A stretch of DNA of 64,000 nucleotides from Candidatus Micrarchaeota archaeon (GTDB lineage Archaea; Micrarchaeota; Micrarchaeia; Anstonellales; Bilamarchaeaceae). Positions 9,643 through 19,180 of this stretch are shown piece after piece. The translations under genes and the position numbers were made by a program. Each line of letters starts with the position of its first letter. The first letter of the stretch is position 1. The notes under the pieces were generated by a model, which saw only the letters and a list, made by a program, of their open reading frames with translations, was not told the DNA's origin and made no database searches. The stretch lies in contig JBBSVN010000003.1 of NCBI GenBank assembly GCA_038046765.1, positions 64,001 through 128,000 on the forward strand, written 5' to 3'.

Positions 9643-10668
9643 TTATTCTGAAACTAATTTTTCAAGTAGTTTTATCGTACTAATTACATCGTCTACATGC
9701 GCTACGCCAACCGTAGAATGTATATATCTAGTTGCAACGCATACTGCAATTGAAGGTATCCCGCTTTTTACATTATGTACTGAAGCTGCATCTGTTGCTC
9801 CTCCTTCGATTACTTCTAGTTGCAGGTTAATATTCATCTTCTTTGCGGTTTCGATTATTTTTTGTGTGAGTTTTCTATCTGCTACGTTTCCGCGTGCGCT
9901 TGCTTCTACTAGAGTCACTACCGGACCTTTACCTAAGGCAACTGGTGCGTCATCTGGTTTTAATTCTGGGTGATCTCCTGCTACTGCGGTATCAACTGCA
10001 ATAAACGCGCGGGGGTCGAGCTTGTAGCTTGCAGTTTGGGCTCCTTTTCCAAATGTTGAAACTTCCTCTTGGCTCGTGCCTATTAATAGAATATTATGGG
10101 GCAATTCTTTTGCGAGTTTCAAAAGAATGTAGCAACCAATTCGATTATCAAGCGCCTTGCCAGAAATCATTTTTTCGCCCATGCGTTTAAACTGGGTTGG
10201 AAAAGATATGGGGCTACCTATTTCTATTCCCATATTTATTGCTTCCTCTTTATTTAATGCACCAATATCAATGAACATACTCCTATAATCTATTACGCTT
10301 TTTCGCTCTTCATCTTTCATAATGTGGGGTGGTTTACTTCCGATTACTCCAGTTAGAAGTCCTTTTTTTGTTCTTAAAAGTACTTGTTGGTTTACTAAAG
10401 TTCGGTCATCAATGCCGCCAATTTTTATAAACTTGATAAATCCCCTGTCGTCAATATGCTTTACCATTAGTCCAATCTCGTCCATGTGCGCGCCTAAAAT
10501 CAGCGGATTTTTGCCAATTACTTTATACGCAATGACATTTCCAAAATTATCAATTTCAGTCTTAAGTCCGGATTTTTTAAATTCCTCAACCATTATTTTG
10601 GCAATTTCATCTTCGTTCGAGCTTATTCCATCTGCTTCAGATAATTTTTTCATTAATTCGTAGTCCAT
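9643..10668 (-). CDS. M42 family (TET) aminopeptidase
   Basis: AHMDEIG, GKALDNRIG, QEEV, GGATDA, RYIHS. Confidence 0.93.
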   Translation of the reverse strand: MDYELMKKLSEADGISSNEDEIAKIMVEEFKKSGLKTEIDNFGNVIAYKVIGKNPLILGAHMDEIGLMVKHIDDRGFIKFIKIGGIDDRTLVNQQVLLRTKKGLLTGVIGSKPPHIMKDEERKSVIDYRSMFIDIGALNKEEAINMGIEIGSPISFPTQFKRMGEKMISGKALDNRIGCYILLKLAKELPHNILLIGTSQEEVSTFGKGAQTASYKLDPRAFIAVDTAVAGDHPELKPDDAPVALGKGPVVTLVEASARGNVADRKLTQKIIETAKKMNINLQLEVIEGGATDAASVHNVKSGIPSIAVCVATRYIHSTVGVAHVDDVISTIKLLEKLVSE

Positions 10669-10739
10669 ATATGCACCTTTAAATGTTATTGATCTAAATA
10701 TCGTACTTAAGTAATAAATTTCTTTGCAAGTTGTTAATT

Positions 10740-11645
10740 ATGCGTTGGCTTATTTATGCAATTATATCCGTTATAACTGCCGCTTTTTGGGAATTATTTT
10801 CAAAATTTTCCTCATCAAACAACCCGATATATAACAATATTATAATATATTTTACTGCATCTCTGCTTAGTCTGCTTTTTTTATTCTCATCAAAAAAAGA
10901 ATTTAGATTATCCAGGTGCGGTTTATTTTCGGGTTTTTTAGCCGGAATTGGAAACATATTTTTTCTTTTTGCATTATCTGAAAATAACCTAACTATTATT
11001 GCCCCTTTTGTATCTCTATCCGGGGTGATTTTCTTTTTCTTTTATTATATGCATGAACGTCCTAAATACAGTAATCATCAGAAATTTTTGGTGCTTTGCG
11101 GTTTTATTTTATCTATATCTGGAGTTTTTATTGTTTCTATTGGCAAGTTTGGCTTACTTGATTTTTTTAATTCAGTTATTACAAATCCATCTTATCTTTT
11201 ATTCGGTTCAGGTACAGCTATTCTATTTGGGGCTGCAACTTATTTTACTTTCCTTTCAGATGCTAAAGAAAAACAAACAGAAGAGATATATCTTTTTTCC
11301 AATTTCCTTTCCTCATTAATATGCGCTCTGTTTATACTACTTGTTTTTAGCCTTAATTTTTTCCCAAAATTTCAGGACAGAGGTCTAAATAATTATCTCT
11401 ATCCTTTTTCAAGTGGTGTTCTAGTTTTTCTTGCCGTTCTATTTGCATTCAAGGCATTTACGCGTACTCATTCTAAAAAAGGATTTGAACAAACCATTAT
11501 AAGTATAATAGTTAATAGTGAAGCAATTCCGATTCTTTTAATTTCTTATGTACTCTTATCGGAATTTGTTCCTTTTGCATTTGCCGGAACCATTCTGGCA
11601 ATAATGGGGTTATCTTTAATTAATTATGCAGCTAAATTAAAGTAA
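10740..11645 (+). CDS. DMT/EamA-like membrane transporter
   Basis: About 10 hydrophobic segments arranged as two repeats. Confidence 0.7.
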   Translation: MRWLIYAIISVITAAFWELFSKFSSSNNPIYNNIIIYFTASLLSLLFLFSSKKEFRLSRCGLFSGFLAGIGNIFFLFALSENNLTIIAPFVSLSGVIFFFFYYMHERPKYSNHQKFLVLCGFILSISGVFIVSIGKFGLLDFFNSVITNPSYLLFGSGTAILFGAATYFTFLSDAKEKQTEEIYLFSNFLSSLICALFILLVFSLNFFPKFQDRGLNNYLYPFSSGVLVFLAVLFAFKAFTRTHSKKGFEQTIISIIVNSEAIPILLISYVLLSEFVPFAFAGTILAIMGLSLINYAAKLK

Positions 11646-11664
11646 TTAAATTTTGGTGAAAACT

Positions 11665-12072
11665 ATGAAAAACATGAAAACAGACACAATTGTTGAAGAA
11701 GTAATGTTTAAGGCAAGTCCTCATGATGTTTATGAGGCATTCATGGACGAAAAAAAACATGCTAAATTTACCGATGCAAAAGCTAAAATAAGTCGAGACG
11801 TTGGCGGTAAATTTGAAGCTTACGATGGTACGATCAATGGTAAAAATCTTGAATTAGTTCCAGATAAAAAAATTGTCCAAGAATGGTACTGTGAAACAGA
11901 TGGCTGGCCAGAAGGACACTACTCAGTCATAACTATAATTCTTAAAAAGAACAAGGATGGTACAATTCTGGATTTTGAGCAAACAGGAGTGCCAAAAGAG
12001 GCATATGAAGATATCGAACAAGGTTGGAGTTCATATTATTGGGAACCTATGAAGAAAATGCTTGAGAAATAA
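11665..12072 (+). CDS. SRPBCC/AHSA1 domain protein
   Basis: VYEAFMD...VGGKF...ELVPDKKIVQEW...GWSSYYW. GGTGA RBS before ATG 11665. Confidence 0.9.
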   Translation: MKNMKTDTIVEEVMFKASPHDVYEAFMDEKKHAKFTDAKAKISRDVGGKFEAYDGTINGKNLELVPDKKIVQEWYCETDGWPEGHYSVITIILKKNKDGTILDFEQTGVPKEAYEDIEQGWSSYYWEPMKKMLEK

Positions 12073-12211
12073 CTGTTTAAACTTATCTATTCAATTATTT
12101 ATCTAATCTATAATTACAATTACAAGAAAAAGCAATTTCTTTGCGAACCGTCTGCTTTCTTTTTCTAAGAAGGACAGATGTAGGAAAGAAAGCGGTCGAA
12201 GGTGAATTTTA

Positions 12212-12367
12212 ATGGCAATAGTGGAATTTGGTGAATTTAAAGGAAACAAATTAATTATATTAAAAAGAGATGAAAGCGATCAATATGCATTTAGTTTTGG
12301 TAAAGGAAAGGCTAAACTTATTGTTGAAAATTTTGAAGCAATAAAGAAATTTGCTGAAGAAGAATAA
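12212..12367 (+). CDS. Small protein (51 aa), possibly PC4-like fold
   Basis: Not in track. AGGTGA RBS; MAIVEFGEFKGNKLIILKRDESDQYAFSFGKGKAKLIVENFEAIKKFAEEE. Fold is inference. Confidence 0.75.
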   Translation: MAIVEFGEFKGNKLIILKRDESDQYAFSFGKGKAKLIVENFEAIKKFAEEE

Positions 12368-12403
12368 TTCTATTTTTTATAATTTTTTATTTATCTTCTA
12401 TTT

Positions 12404-12742
12404 TTATTTCTTACCTCCTTCAAATACAGTAAGGACAACTGGAGTTATTCTATTTTTTACTTCTGATTCTTTATTTTTTATCTCTTGTTTTTCAAGTTTT
12501 TCTTTAACCTTTTCACGAATTATTTTCGCACGTTCAATTATCTTACCAATTAAGGCTAGGCTTTTTCCTTCTGTTAATCGGTCGTTAAACTCATCCATTG
12601 CCCTCTGTATCTTGGTTTTGAGTCTTTTTTTAATTCTAGCAAATCGAATGTCTGTAATTGGTCTAGGCTCGAAACTATGTTTTAATCGTTTCACTTTATC
12701 TCCCCTGATGGCCGCGTTTTTTCCTCCCTTCTCTAGCCTCAT
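12404..12742 (-). CDS. Basic hypothetical protein, possibly 3' part of a frameshifted gene with 12696-12878
   Basis: Lys/Arg-rich ORF overlapping the upstream ORF by 47 nt. Confidence 0.45.
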   Translation of the reverse strand: MRLEKGGKNAAIRGDKVKRLKHSFEPRPITDIRFARIKKRLKTKIQRAMDEFNDRLTEGKSLALIGKIIERAKIIREKVKEKLEKQEIKNKESEVKNRITPVVLTVFEGGKK

Positions 12743-12878
12743 CTAGTACTGCTTGCTTTCTTGAGCCTAAATCCTGTATAGTTTCACGAAGAGTTGATCT
12801 ACCATATCCAGCTTTTTTGACGTTTCCATCTTCATATGTTTTTCTACCTATTTCTTTAATCGCAGTTAGTCTAGTCAT
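12696..12878 (-). CDS. Short hypothetical protein, possibly 5' part of the same gene
   Basis: GGAGA RBS-like sequence upstream of ATG. Confidence 0.45.
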   Translation of the reverse strand: MTRLTAIKEIGRKTYEDGNVKKAGYGRSTLRETIQDLGSRKQAVLDEAREGRKKRGHQGR

Positions 12879-12931
12879 AATATCTCCAAATAGATATTAT
12901 CCGAAATGGTTTTTAATGGCTTCTTTTGACA

Positions 12932-13426
12932 TTATTTAATATGACAAGTAGCCATTCCGTGTTTTTCTAAGTATCTCTGATGGTATTCTTCAGCCCTGTA
13001 AAATTCGCTTGCCTTAGTTATTTCTGTTGCAATTTTATTCTGGTATTTACCTGATTTTTCAAGCTCTTCTTTAGCTTTTATTGCTTTTTTCTTTTGCTCT
13101 TCATTATGATAAAATATAGCAGATCTATATTGTGAACCGACATCTGGTCCTTGCCTGTTTAAGGTAGTTGGATTGTGCATACTCCAGAATGCTTCTAAGA
13201 GTTTTTCATAACTTATTATTTTTGGGTCAAAAGTTACTTCTACTGCTTCAGCGTGTCCTGTATCCTCTTCACAAACATTATGGTATGTAGGATTTTTTGT
13301 TTTTCCTCCCGTATATCCAACTTGGGTATCAGTTACTCCTTTAAGCTCCCTAAAACCAGCTTCAACTCCCCAAAAACAGCCTGCTGCAAAAGTTGCTTTA
13401 TCGTAAATCTTATTGTTTTTTTCCAT
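12932..13426 (-). CDS. msrA: Peptide-methionine (S)-S-oxide reductase
   Basis: [32 protein letters not shown]. Confidence 0.97.
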   Translation of the reverse strand: MEKNNKIYDKATFAAGCFWGVEAGFRELKGVTDTQVGYTGGKTKNPTYHNVCEEDTGHAEAVEVTFDPKIISYEKLLEAFWSMHNPTTLNRQGPDVGSQYRSAIFYHNEEQKKKAIKAKEELEKSGKYQNKIATEITKASEFYRAEEYHQRYLEKHGMATCHIK

Positions 13427-13445
13427 GTTTTTATCGAGTCAACTA

Positions 13446-14831
13446 TTATTTAAATAGTTTTGCCAGAATTTTTAGGATAAGTCTTAGCTTTGAACTTTTG
13501 TTTTTACCTCTCACTTCTAAATTGCCTAAAATAAGTGCCTTAACAAGTTTTTTGTTCTGCAAGATTTTTATTATCTTTTTTATTTCCTCCAATTTTTCGA
13601 TCTTTTTTCTAAACTCAGTTGCAAGTTTTTTGCCCTTAGTAGCTAAAACTAGCTTTTTTAGTTTACTTATTTCCTTTGAAAGCTTAGTTTCTAGTTTACG
13701 TGCCAAGTTCGAAACTTCCTTGCAAAGTTTTTCAAGTTTTTTAGGAGTTTTAATTTTAAGTGCTTCAATTAACTTGTTTCTAATCTGGTTTATTAATTTT
13801 TTGATAGTTATTGCAAATTTCTGTTTAGACTTTAATTGATTTAAAAAGTTGACTTTTAGTTTTTCAAATATCTGATTTTTCTGAATTTTAAAATTATTTA
13901 ATTTTTTATAGTTTAGTTTTTTATCTGATTTGAAATCATGAGCTATTCTTCTTATTAATTTAGGGCTGTTTTTAATTTTCATCCTAATACGCGGGCTGAA
14001 CTTATCAGAATCATCTAGACTTTTGTATTCTATTTTATCATCTTTGTCCATTCTTATTAAGGATGTAAACATATTGGAATGATTAAATATATCCCCATTA
14101 TGTGAATCTTGCAACTTTTCCGTTGTTTCTTGGAAATCTATTTTTGAGTAACCTAAATCTAAATTCATGTCCTTTACTTGAGGAATTAAAGTTGAATTAT
14201 ATTCTGTATCTAGAAAAAACAATTCATTTCTGAACATTCTTTCTTTAGCCCCTAGTTCTGCTCCTAAATTTGATTCTACGTTAATATTTGCAGTTATATT
14301 CAATTTACTTAGCTTATCGTACGTATTAGTTACATTCGCATCTTCAAATTTAAAACTTGGAAGTTTTGGTAAAAATAAGGTGCATTGCAGATTAAAATAA
14401 GGCGTTTCATTTTCATTTAATTTATCAGTCTCAGTTCTATCGTAAAATCTTTGATCAGATTTAAAATTAATATTAAAAAAATGAGTAATAATGCTGTTTT
14501 TTAGTTGGAGATCGAAAATTATATTGTTATTCTGTTGAAAATTTTCCTGATAAGGAATGGGAGAAGTGGAATTTAGAAAGGTGCTGTCTTGAAAAATATT
14601 TTTGTCTGAATTCATATTTTTTACTTTTAGTTCTTCTAGGCTTTGTTTTTCAAGAGCTTTAGCTTGATTTCTAGATATTATTTCCTCTTCTTTAACTGGT
14701 CTACATTTTAGAAATCTTTGTGCAATTATGTGTGGAGGACATACTCTTCCACTTCGTTCTGTCCCTACCCAGACCCTTCTAATGTTAAAAATTTTGTCTT
14801 TAAGGTATGCCTGAAACCTTTTCATTTCCAT
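13446..14831 (-). CDS. Hypothetical protein with Lys/Leu-rich low-complexity C-terminus
   Basis: 461-aa ORF; no recognisable motif. Confidence 0.6.
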   Translation of the reverse strand: MEMKRFQAYLKDKIFNIRRVWVGTERSGRVCPPHIIAQRFLKCRPVKEEEIISRNQAKALEKQSLEELKVKNMNSDKNIFQDSTFLNSTSPIPYQENFQQNNNIIFDLQLKNSIITHFFNINFKSDQRFYDRTETDKLNENETPYFNLQCTLFLPKLPSFKFEDANVTNTYDKLSKLNITANINVESNLGAELGAKERMFRNELFFLDTEYNSTLIPQVKDMNLDLGYSKIDFQETTEKLQDSHNGDIFNHSNMFTSLIRMDKDDKIEYKSLDDSDKFSPRIRMKIKNSPKLIRRIAHDFKSDKKLNYKKLNNFKIQKNQIFEKLKVNFLNQLKSKQKFAITIKKLINQIRNKLIEALKIKTPKKLEKLCKEVSNLARKLETKLSKEISKLKKLVLATKGKKLATEFRKKIEKLEEIKKIIKILQNKKLVKALILGNLEVRGKNKSSKLRLILKILAKLFK

Positions 14832-15102
14832 ATTAATCGCTTATATAATAAGATTAATAACTCGAAGTGATTGATCAAATATTATAATTTGTGCGTAACT
14901 TCCTTGTTTTGTCCTATATTATTCGATGCCTTTTTAAGGTTTGTTTTTTCTTCATTTTCTTTGTCCCTAGCGCTTGGAGTAGAATTTTCTTTCTTTTGTT
15001 TTACTTCTGGTTCAGACATATACTAAAATATTAAGGATATGAAATTAATAAATTATTGCTTCTTTTGAAACGTATCTACTTTTCTACAGCACATACTTCT
15101 TT

Positions 15103-15285
15103 CTATTTTTTCATTAACTCCTCTTTTTCTTTTCTTAGATCTTGTCTTTTTAGTTCCTTGTAAACCGCCTGATGAAAAGGGCAGGTCGTTTCACTTTCAG
15201 GCTTTGATTTTTTTATCATTTCATTCAATTCATTTCGCGGTTTTCCCCGAACGTACAAATAAAATAAAAATTTTGTTAAACCCAT
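15103..15285 (-). CDS. Small hypothetical protein (CPFH motif)
   Basis: 60-aa ORF. Confidence 0.5.
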   Translation of the reverse strand: MGLTKFLFYLYVRGKPRNELNEMIKKSKPESETTCPFHQAVYKELKRQDLRKEKEELMKK

Positions 15286-15436
15286 AAATTTATTCTAAGG
15301 TGTTTACTTTAAAATCCTAACTCCTACACCTTTTTAATATGTCGATTGCTTCTTCATCTTCTACTTGTGTAAAATTTTTATAAAATTGGCCAATTGCAAA
15401 AAGAGGGATAGACTTAAAATTAGAAAAAATAAAAAG

Positions 15437-15589
15437 TTAGTTATCTTCAGCCATCTTCTTATTTAGCTGTTCAATTTCGTAATGTAATTCCTTATTTTTC
15501 TTTAAAGGATCCATCTTGGCCTTTAATAATAAATCGTCAAGTCTTTTTCTAAGTATTGATTTTCTCTTTCCTAAATCCTTTTTGCTCAT
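15437..15589 (-). CDS. Small basic helical protein (50 aa)
   Basis: Not in track. AGGTGA RBS; MSKKDLGKRKSILRKRLDDLLLKAKMDPLKKNKELHYEIEQLNKKMAEDN. Confidence 0.7.
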   Translation of the reverse strand: MSKKDLGKRKSILRKRLDDLLLKAKMDPLKKNKELHYEIEQLNKKMAEDN

Positions 15590-15784
15590 TCCGATAAAAA
15601 TCACCTGTAATTTTTATTCTGTTGAAATCCAGCAGAATTTCCCCATCCCATAAAATGCACCAAATAAAAGTTTATTGTTAAATAAAACTAAACATACTAT
15701 GTTTTTATTGGTATTGGGTTAAATCGGTCGTCAGCACAAATTCAATAATTAAAAATCCCACCTAATATTATTAGTCTGATAAAT

Positions 15785-16471
15785 ATGGAATTTACCCAAG
15801 AACAAATCAGCGAAACAAATAGATTCATCCAAAAAGTCTACGCTTGGATGTTTTTAGGCTTACTTATTTCTGGTTCTATAGCCTTTTACACCTCTACACA
15901 GGATTGGCTCTTAACTTCAATCTTTGGGAACAAACTAGTCTTTTATGCTCTTTTGATTTTCCAACTAATCCTAGTTGGCGGTCTTGTTGCTTTTATTAAA
16001 AAAATTCCTTCTTACCTTGGTGCAACAACATTTCTTTTGTACTGTGCTATAACTGGTCTAACTTTATCAGTAATATTTATTGTTTTCGAGTTCAATTCAA
16101 TCATTCAGGTCTTTTTCATTGCAGCAGGCATGTTTGGTTTTATAAGTGTTTATGGGTACTTTACAAAAACCGATCTTACTGGGTTAGGTCATATTTTAAT
16201 TATGGGTTTATTCGGACTTATCCTTCTATCAATTGTTAATCTATTTATAAAAAATTCTTTTGCGGATATAATCATAAGTTTTATCGGAGTTGTAATCTTT
16301 ACTGGGTTAGCAGCTTATGATACTCAAAAGATTAAGAAAACAAATATTCTTGGAAACGAAGGTACTGATGAGGATCATAAAGAAGCAGTTATGGGGGCAC
16401 TTACATTATATTTGGATTTTGTCAATCTCTTCCTTAGTCTTTTAAAGTTATTTGGAAAAAGAAGAAGGTAA
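15785..16471 (+). CDS. Bax inhibitor-1/YccA family membrane protein
   Basis: FIQKVYAWM, YGYFTKTDL, AYDTQKIK, GALTLYLDFVNLF. Confidence 0.95.
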   Translation: MEFTQEQISETNRFIQKVYAWMFLGLLISGSIAFYTSTQDWLLTSIFGNKLVFYALLIFQLILVGGLVAFIKKIPSYLGATTFLLYCAITGLTLSVIFIVFEFNSIIQVFFIAAGMFGFISVYGYFTKTDLTGLGHILIMGLFGLILLSIVNLFIKNSFADIIISFIGVVIFTGLAAYDTQKIKKTNILGNEGTDEDHKEAVMGALTLYLDFVNLFLSLLKLFGKRRR

Positions 16472-16632
16472 TCTATGTCCTTATTACCAAATAATACATA
16501 TTTATTAGTTGGGGTCTAAGATTAATTTTATCGATGAAAGGGAAAATACCAAATGAAACAGTCATCCATGTGTAGCCCCCAATAAATTAGTTCGCGTTAG
16601 TTTGTTGGTTCGGTATAATTAATCTAGTAAAA

Positions 16633-17040
16633 TTATCTTATTCCCGTATCTATATCGATGTCCAAATTAGTTGTTTGGTTCGGTTTAATTTCGATAGTTG
16701 CTGGTAAGTTTCCTGCTCCGAATCTTTGATTCTGCTTTTCAAGGTCTATTAAATATTTTCCTACGGGTAACTGTAAATTATAGCTACCACTTAGTTCTGG
16801 TTTGATTATTGCGATTTTGGTTGTTTGGTCTAAGTTCCAAACATATAATTGCCATGCCTTATAAGTTTCATTTGTAGGTTGACATCTTGGATCTGGTGGA
16901 TAACGTTCAACAGGACAAATTGGGCCAATTGTAATTCTTCCGTTTAGCGTTCCCTTTTCCAAAGGTATAGTTTGAACACATCCGAAAATAAGTAGTAATA
17001 TCGAAAACACTAATGCTAAAAAGATTAGTTTTAGTTTCAT
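16633..17040 (-). CDS. Putative lipoprotein, beta-sandwich (carboxypeptidase regulatory-like)
   Basis: LIFGC signal, GPICPVE...C, ends DTGIR. Confidence 0.7.
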   Translation of the reverse strand: MKLKLIFLALVFSILLLIFGCVQTIPLEKGTLNGRITIGPICPVERYPPDPRCQPTNETYKAWQLYVWNLDQTTKIAIIKPELSGSYNLQLPVGKYLIDLEKQNQRFGAGNLPATIEIKPNQTTNLDIDIDTGIR

Positions 17041-17071
17041 ATGCTTAAGAATTAGTGCGAATTAATAATAG

Positions 17072-17222
17072 TTCGCTACGCCCCGAGGACAGTTATGAAC
17101 AGGTTAACCGTTCATCTGTCCTTAGTTCTCATTAACATTCGCCCCGAGGATCTAGTAAACGACGTTTCGTTAACTGTCTCCTCTGTGCTCCGCTCAACTG
17201 TGGTTTCGCTACGCCCCGAGGA
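17072..17222 (-). repeat. Direct repeats of the tRNA-Asn 3' end separated by hairpins
   Basis: CGCCCCGAGGA at 17079, 17140 and 17212; TTCGCTACGCCCCGAGGA at 17072 and 17205. Confidence 0.85.
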
Positions 17223-17325
17223 TGACTCGAACATCCGACCCCTTGATAACTATCTTTTGTTTAAGCCTATATCTAGACTTTAAACTGTTAACAGTCAAGT
17301 GCTCTACCTACTGAGCTATCGAGGC
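17212..17325 (-). tRNA. tRNA-Asn(GTT) with a 41-nt intron at 37/38 (17248-17288)
   Basis: Acceptor GCCTCGA/TCGGGGC with discriminator G, D arm GCTC/GAGC, anticodon stem CTTGA/TCAAG with GTT, T arm GGATG-TTCGAGT-CATCC. BHB: CUGU pairs with intron AUAG between two 3-nt bulges. CCA not encoded. Confidence 0.95.
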
Positions 17326-17663
17326 TTAAGTATTTGCCAGTTATAAACTCCTTACTAAAAGAAAAGAGCACGTTCTTATGATTTACCTGTTAGACGCAGC
17401 ACTATTAAAATACTAATGACTGCGTTAGCCGTTTACTAGTTGCATTAATTAACTTAGTTCTAGAGAATATAAATTAATCCCAAATCAATTTATTAAGCTT
17501 TCGTGTAAATTAGTAATAAATCTGCGTAACAAATCAGCTAAAGTATCATTTTTATAAAAACAATAGCTATATATACCCCATTATCTATATATATTATTTA
17601 ATAGTAGAATTTCTAAGAAATTAGAACCAAACTATAATAAAATAAAATATAGGTGAATAAGTA

Positions 17664-17804
17664 ATGGCATACGAAGGAGGAGACAGAACAATGTACGATG
17701 CTACATGTTCAAAATGCGGTCAACCATGTCAGGTACCATTTAAACCATCAGATGGTCGACCAGTTTACTGCAGGAATTGTTACAAACCAAAATCAAGATT
17801 CTAA
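17664..17804 (+). CDS. CxxC-x17-CxxC zinc-ribbon protein (46 aa)
   Basis: Not in track. AGGTGA RBS; MAYEGGDRTMYDATCSKCGQPCQVPFKPSDGRPVYCRNCYKPKSRF. Confidence 0.9.
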   Translation: MAYEGGDRTMYDATCSKCGQPCQVPFKPSDGRPVYCRNCYKPKSRF

Positions 17805-17877
17805 TCTTAATTTTAAAACAATTTCAGCATTTTTTTAATTTTTTCTTTATTTTTTCTTTTTATTAAAATAAATAGAT

Positions 17878-18864
17878 CTAATTTTCTCTAGACGTCATAT
17901 AATTAGTTAAATCAATTAATACTTGTTTAGCATGGCTTGTGTTTAATACATCTAAATTCTTTTTTGCACTTTCAATTAAATCTCTGGCTTTTTTGTCTGC
18001 TCTTTCAATTGAACCATACTTCTTGAAAAGTTCAATCACATACCTTATTTCTTTTTCTCCAGCTTTTCTTGATTGTAAAATTTCTTTAAGCCTTTTTGAC
18101 TCATCGTTTGTTGTTTTTTCCAGAGTATATATTACCATAAGAGTTCTTTTACCCTCAGTAATATCGCCGCCTATCTCTTTTTTATACTTCTCAAAATTTC
18201 CGGTGACATTTAATATATCATCTTGAATTTGAAATGCTTTTCCTATATTTTGCCCATATGTTTTAAGCGCTTCTCTTTCTTTTTGCGATGAATTAGCTAA
18301 GAACGCTCCGAGTTCGCAGGAAAATGCCATAAGTTCAGTAGTTTTTCCATCGATCATAGATATATACTCGCTTTCGCTTATGCTAAATTTATTATTTTGA
18401 TGCCAATCAAGTTCCCTTCCTTGGCCTTCAACAACTTTCTTAAAAGTCAAAGCGTACATTTTTTGTACTTCTTGTAACTTTGCGGGTTCTAAGTCCAGAT
18501 GAGTAATCTTTTGCCAGATCAAAGTATAAAGTGCGTCTCCTGAGTTAAGTGCAATAGGTAATCCATATTCTATATGTAACGTTGGTTTACCGCGCCTAAA
18601 TTCCGAATTATCGCAAATATCATCGTGAATTAGGGTAAAATTGTGGAATAGCTCGATTATTGCAGCGGCTTTAATTATTTTTTTAGGATCGCCGTTGCAG
18701 ACTTTATTGCATAAAATTGCCAAAAGAGGTCTTATCCGCTTACCTCCTCTTTTAATATACTCTAAAAGCATACCATAAACTTCTTTCGGTTCATTTGCAA
18801 GCGTTCGTTCGATTTCTTTTTCAATTTCTTGCATTTCTTCTTTTGCAATTTCGTAAAAAGACAT
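17878..18864 (-). CDS. Polyprenyl diphosphate (GGPP-type) synthase
   Basis: GGKRIRP, FTLIHDDICD, RRG, GQ, KT, FQIQDDIL, EGKRT. Confidence 0.95.
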   Translation of the reverse strand: MSFYEIAKEEMQEIEKEIERTLANEPKEVYGMLLEYIKRGGKRIRPLLAILCNKVCNGDPKKIIKAAAIIELFHNFTLIHDDICDNSEFRRGKPTLHIEYGLPIALNSGDALYTLIWQKITHLDLEPAKLQEVQKMYALTFKKVVEGQGRELDWHQNNKFSISESEYISMIDGKTTELMAFSCELGAFLANSSQKEREALKTYGQNIGKAFQIQDDILNVTGNFEKYKKEIGGDITEGKRTLMVIYTLEKTTNDESKRLKEILQSRKAGEKEIRYVIELFKKYGSIERADKKARDLIESAKKNLDVLNTSHAKQVLIDLTNYMTSREN

Positions 18865-18869
18865 TAGAA

Positions 18870-19175
18870 TCACTTCTTCACGATTTGTTTGTGGCTACAT
18901 TTATTACAAATAATTTCGAAACAATTTAACTTACGGTTAAAACTTACCTTAACCGTTTCTTCTAAAACCCATAAGGATTGGCATTTTCTGCAAAACTTTT
19001 GTTTTTGTGCCTCGCTTAATCGAATTTTATATTTTTTAACCATTTTCCATGCTAGCTCAATGTAGCGATGTGCAAGTTTTTTATCAACATTATAAACCTT
19101 TTCGGCTTCCTTTATATAAATATCAATCGCATCTTTTGCGATATTCTTTATAAATACTTTCTTATCATTCTTCAC
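18870..19175 (-). CDS. rnp4: RNase P protein component 4 (Rpp21/Rpr2)
   Basis: LAHRYIELAWKM...KIRL...KFCRKC...ICNKC zinc ribbon. Confidence 0.85.
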   Translation of the reverse strand: MKNDKKVFIKNIAKDAIDIYIKEAEKVYNVDKKLAHRYIELAWKMVKKYKIRLSEAQKQKFCRKCQSLWVLEETVKVSFNRKLNCFEIICNKCSHKQIVKK

Positions 19176-19180
19176 TATTA

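Noticed and set aside
15726..15736. GCTGACGAC resembling a fluoride riboswitch 3' motif
   Set aside because: The upstream GGCGATGG...CGCC element is absent and no fluoride-related gene follows.
16505..16590. Possible hammerhead-like RNA (TTGGGGTCTA/TAGCCCCCAA enclosing GATGA...GAAA)
   Set aside because: Core is CGATGA rather than CUGANGA, and stems II/III cannot be formed convincingly.
17072..17222. CRISPR array
   Set aside because: Three short repeats identical to the tRNA 3' end, structured spacers, no cas genes.
17095..17283. 62-aa + strand ORF in the track
   Set aside because: Antisense to the tRNA and its repeats; spurious.
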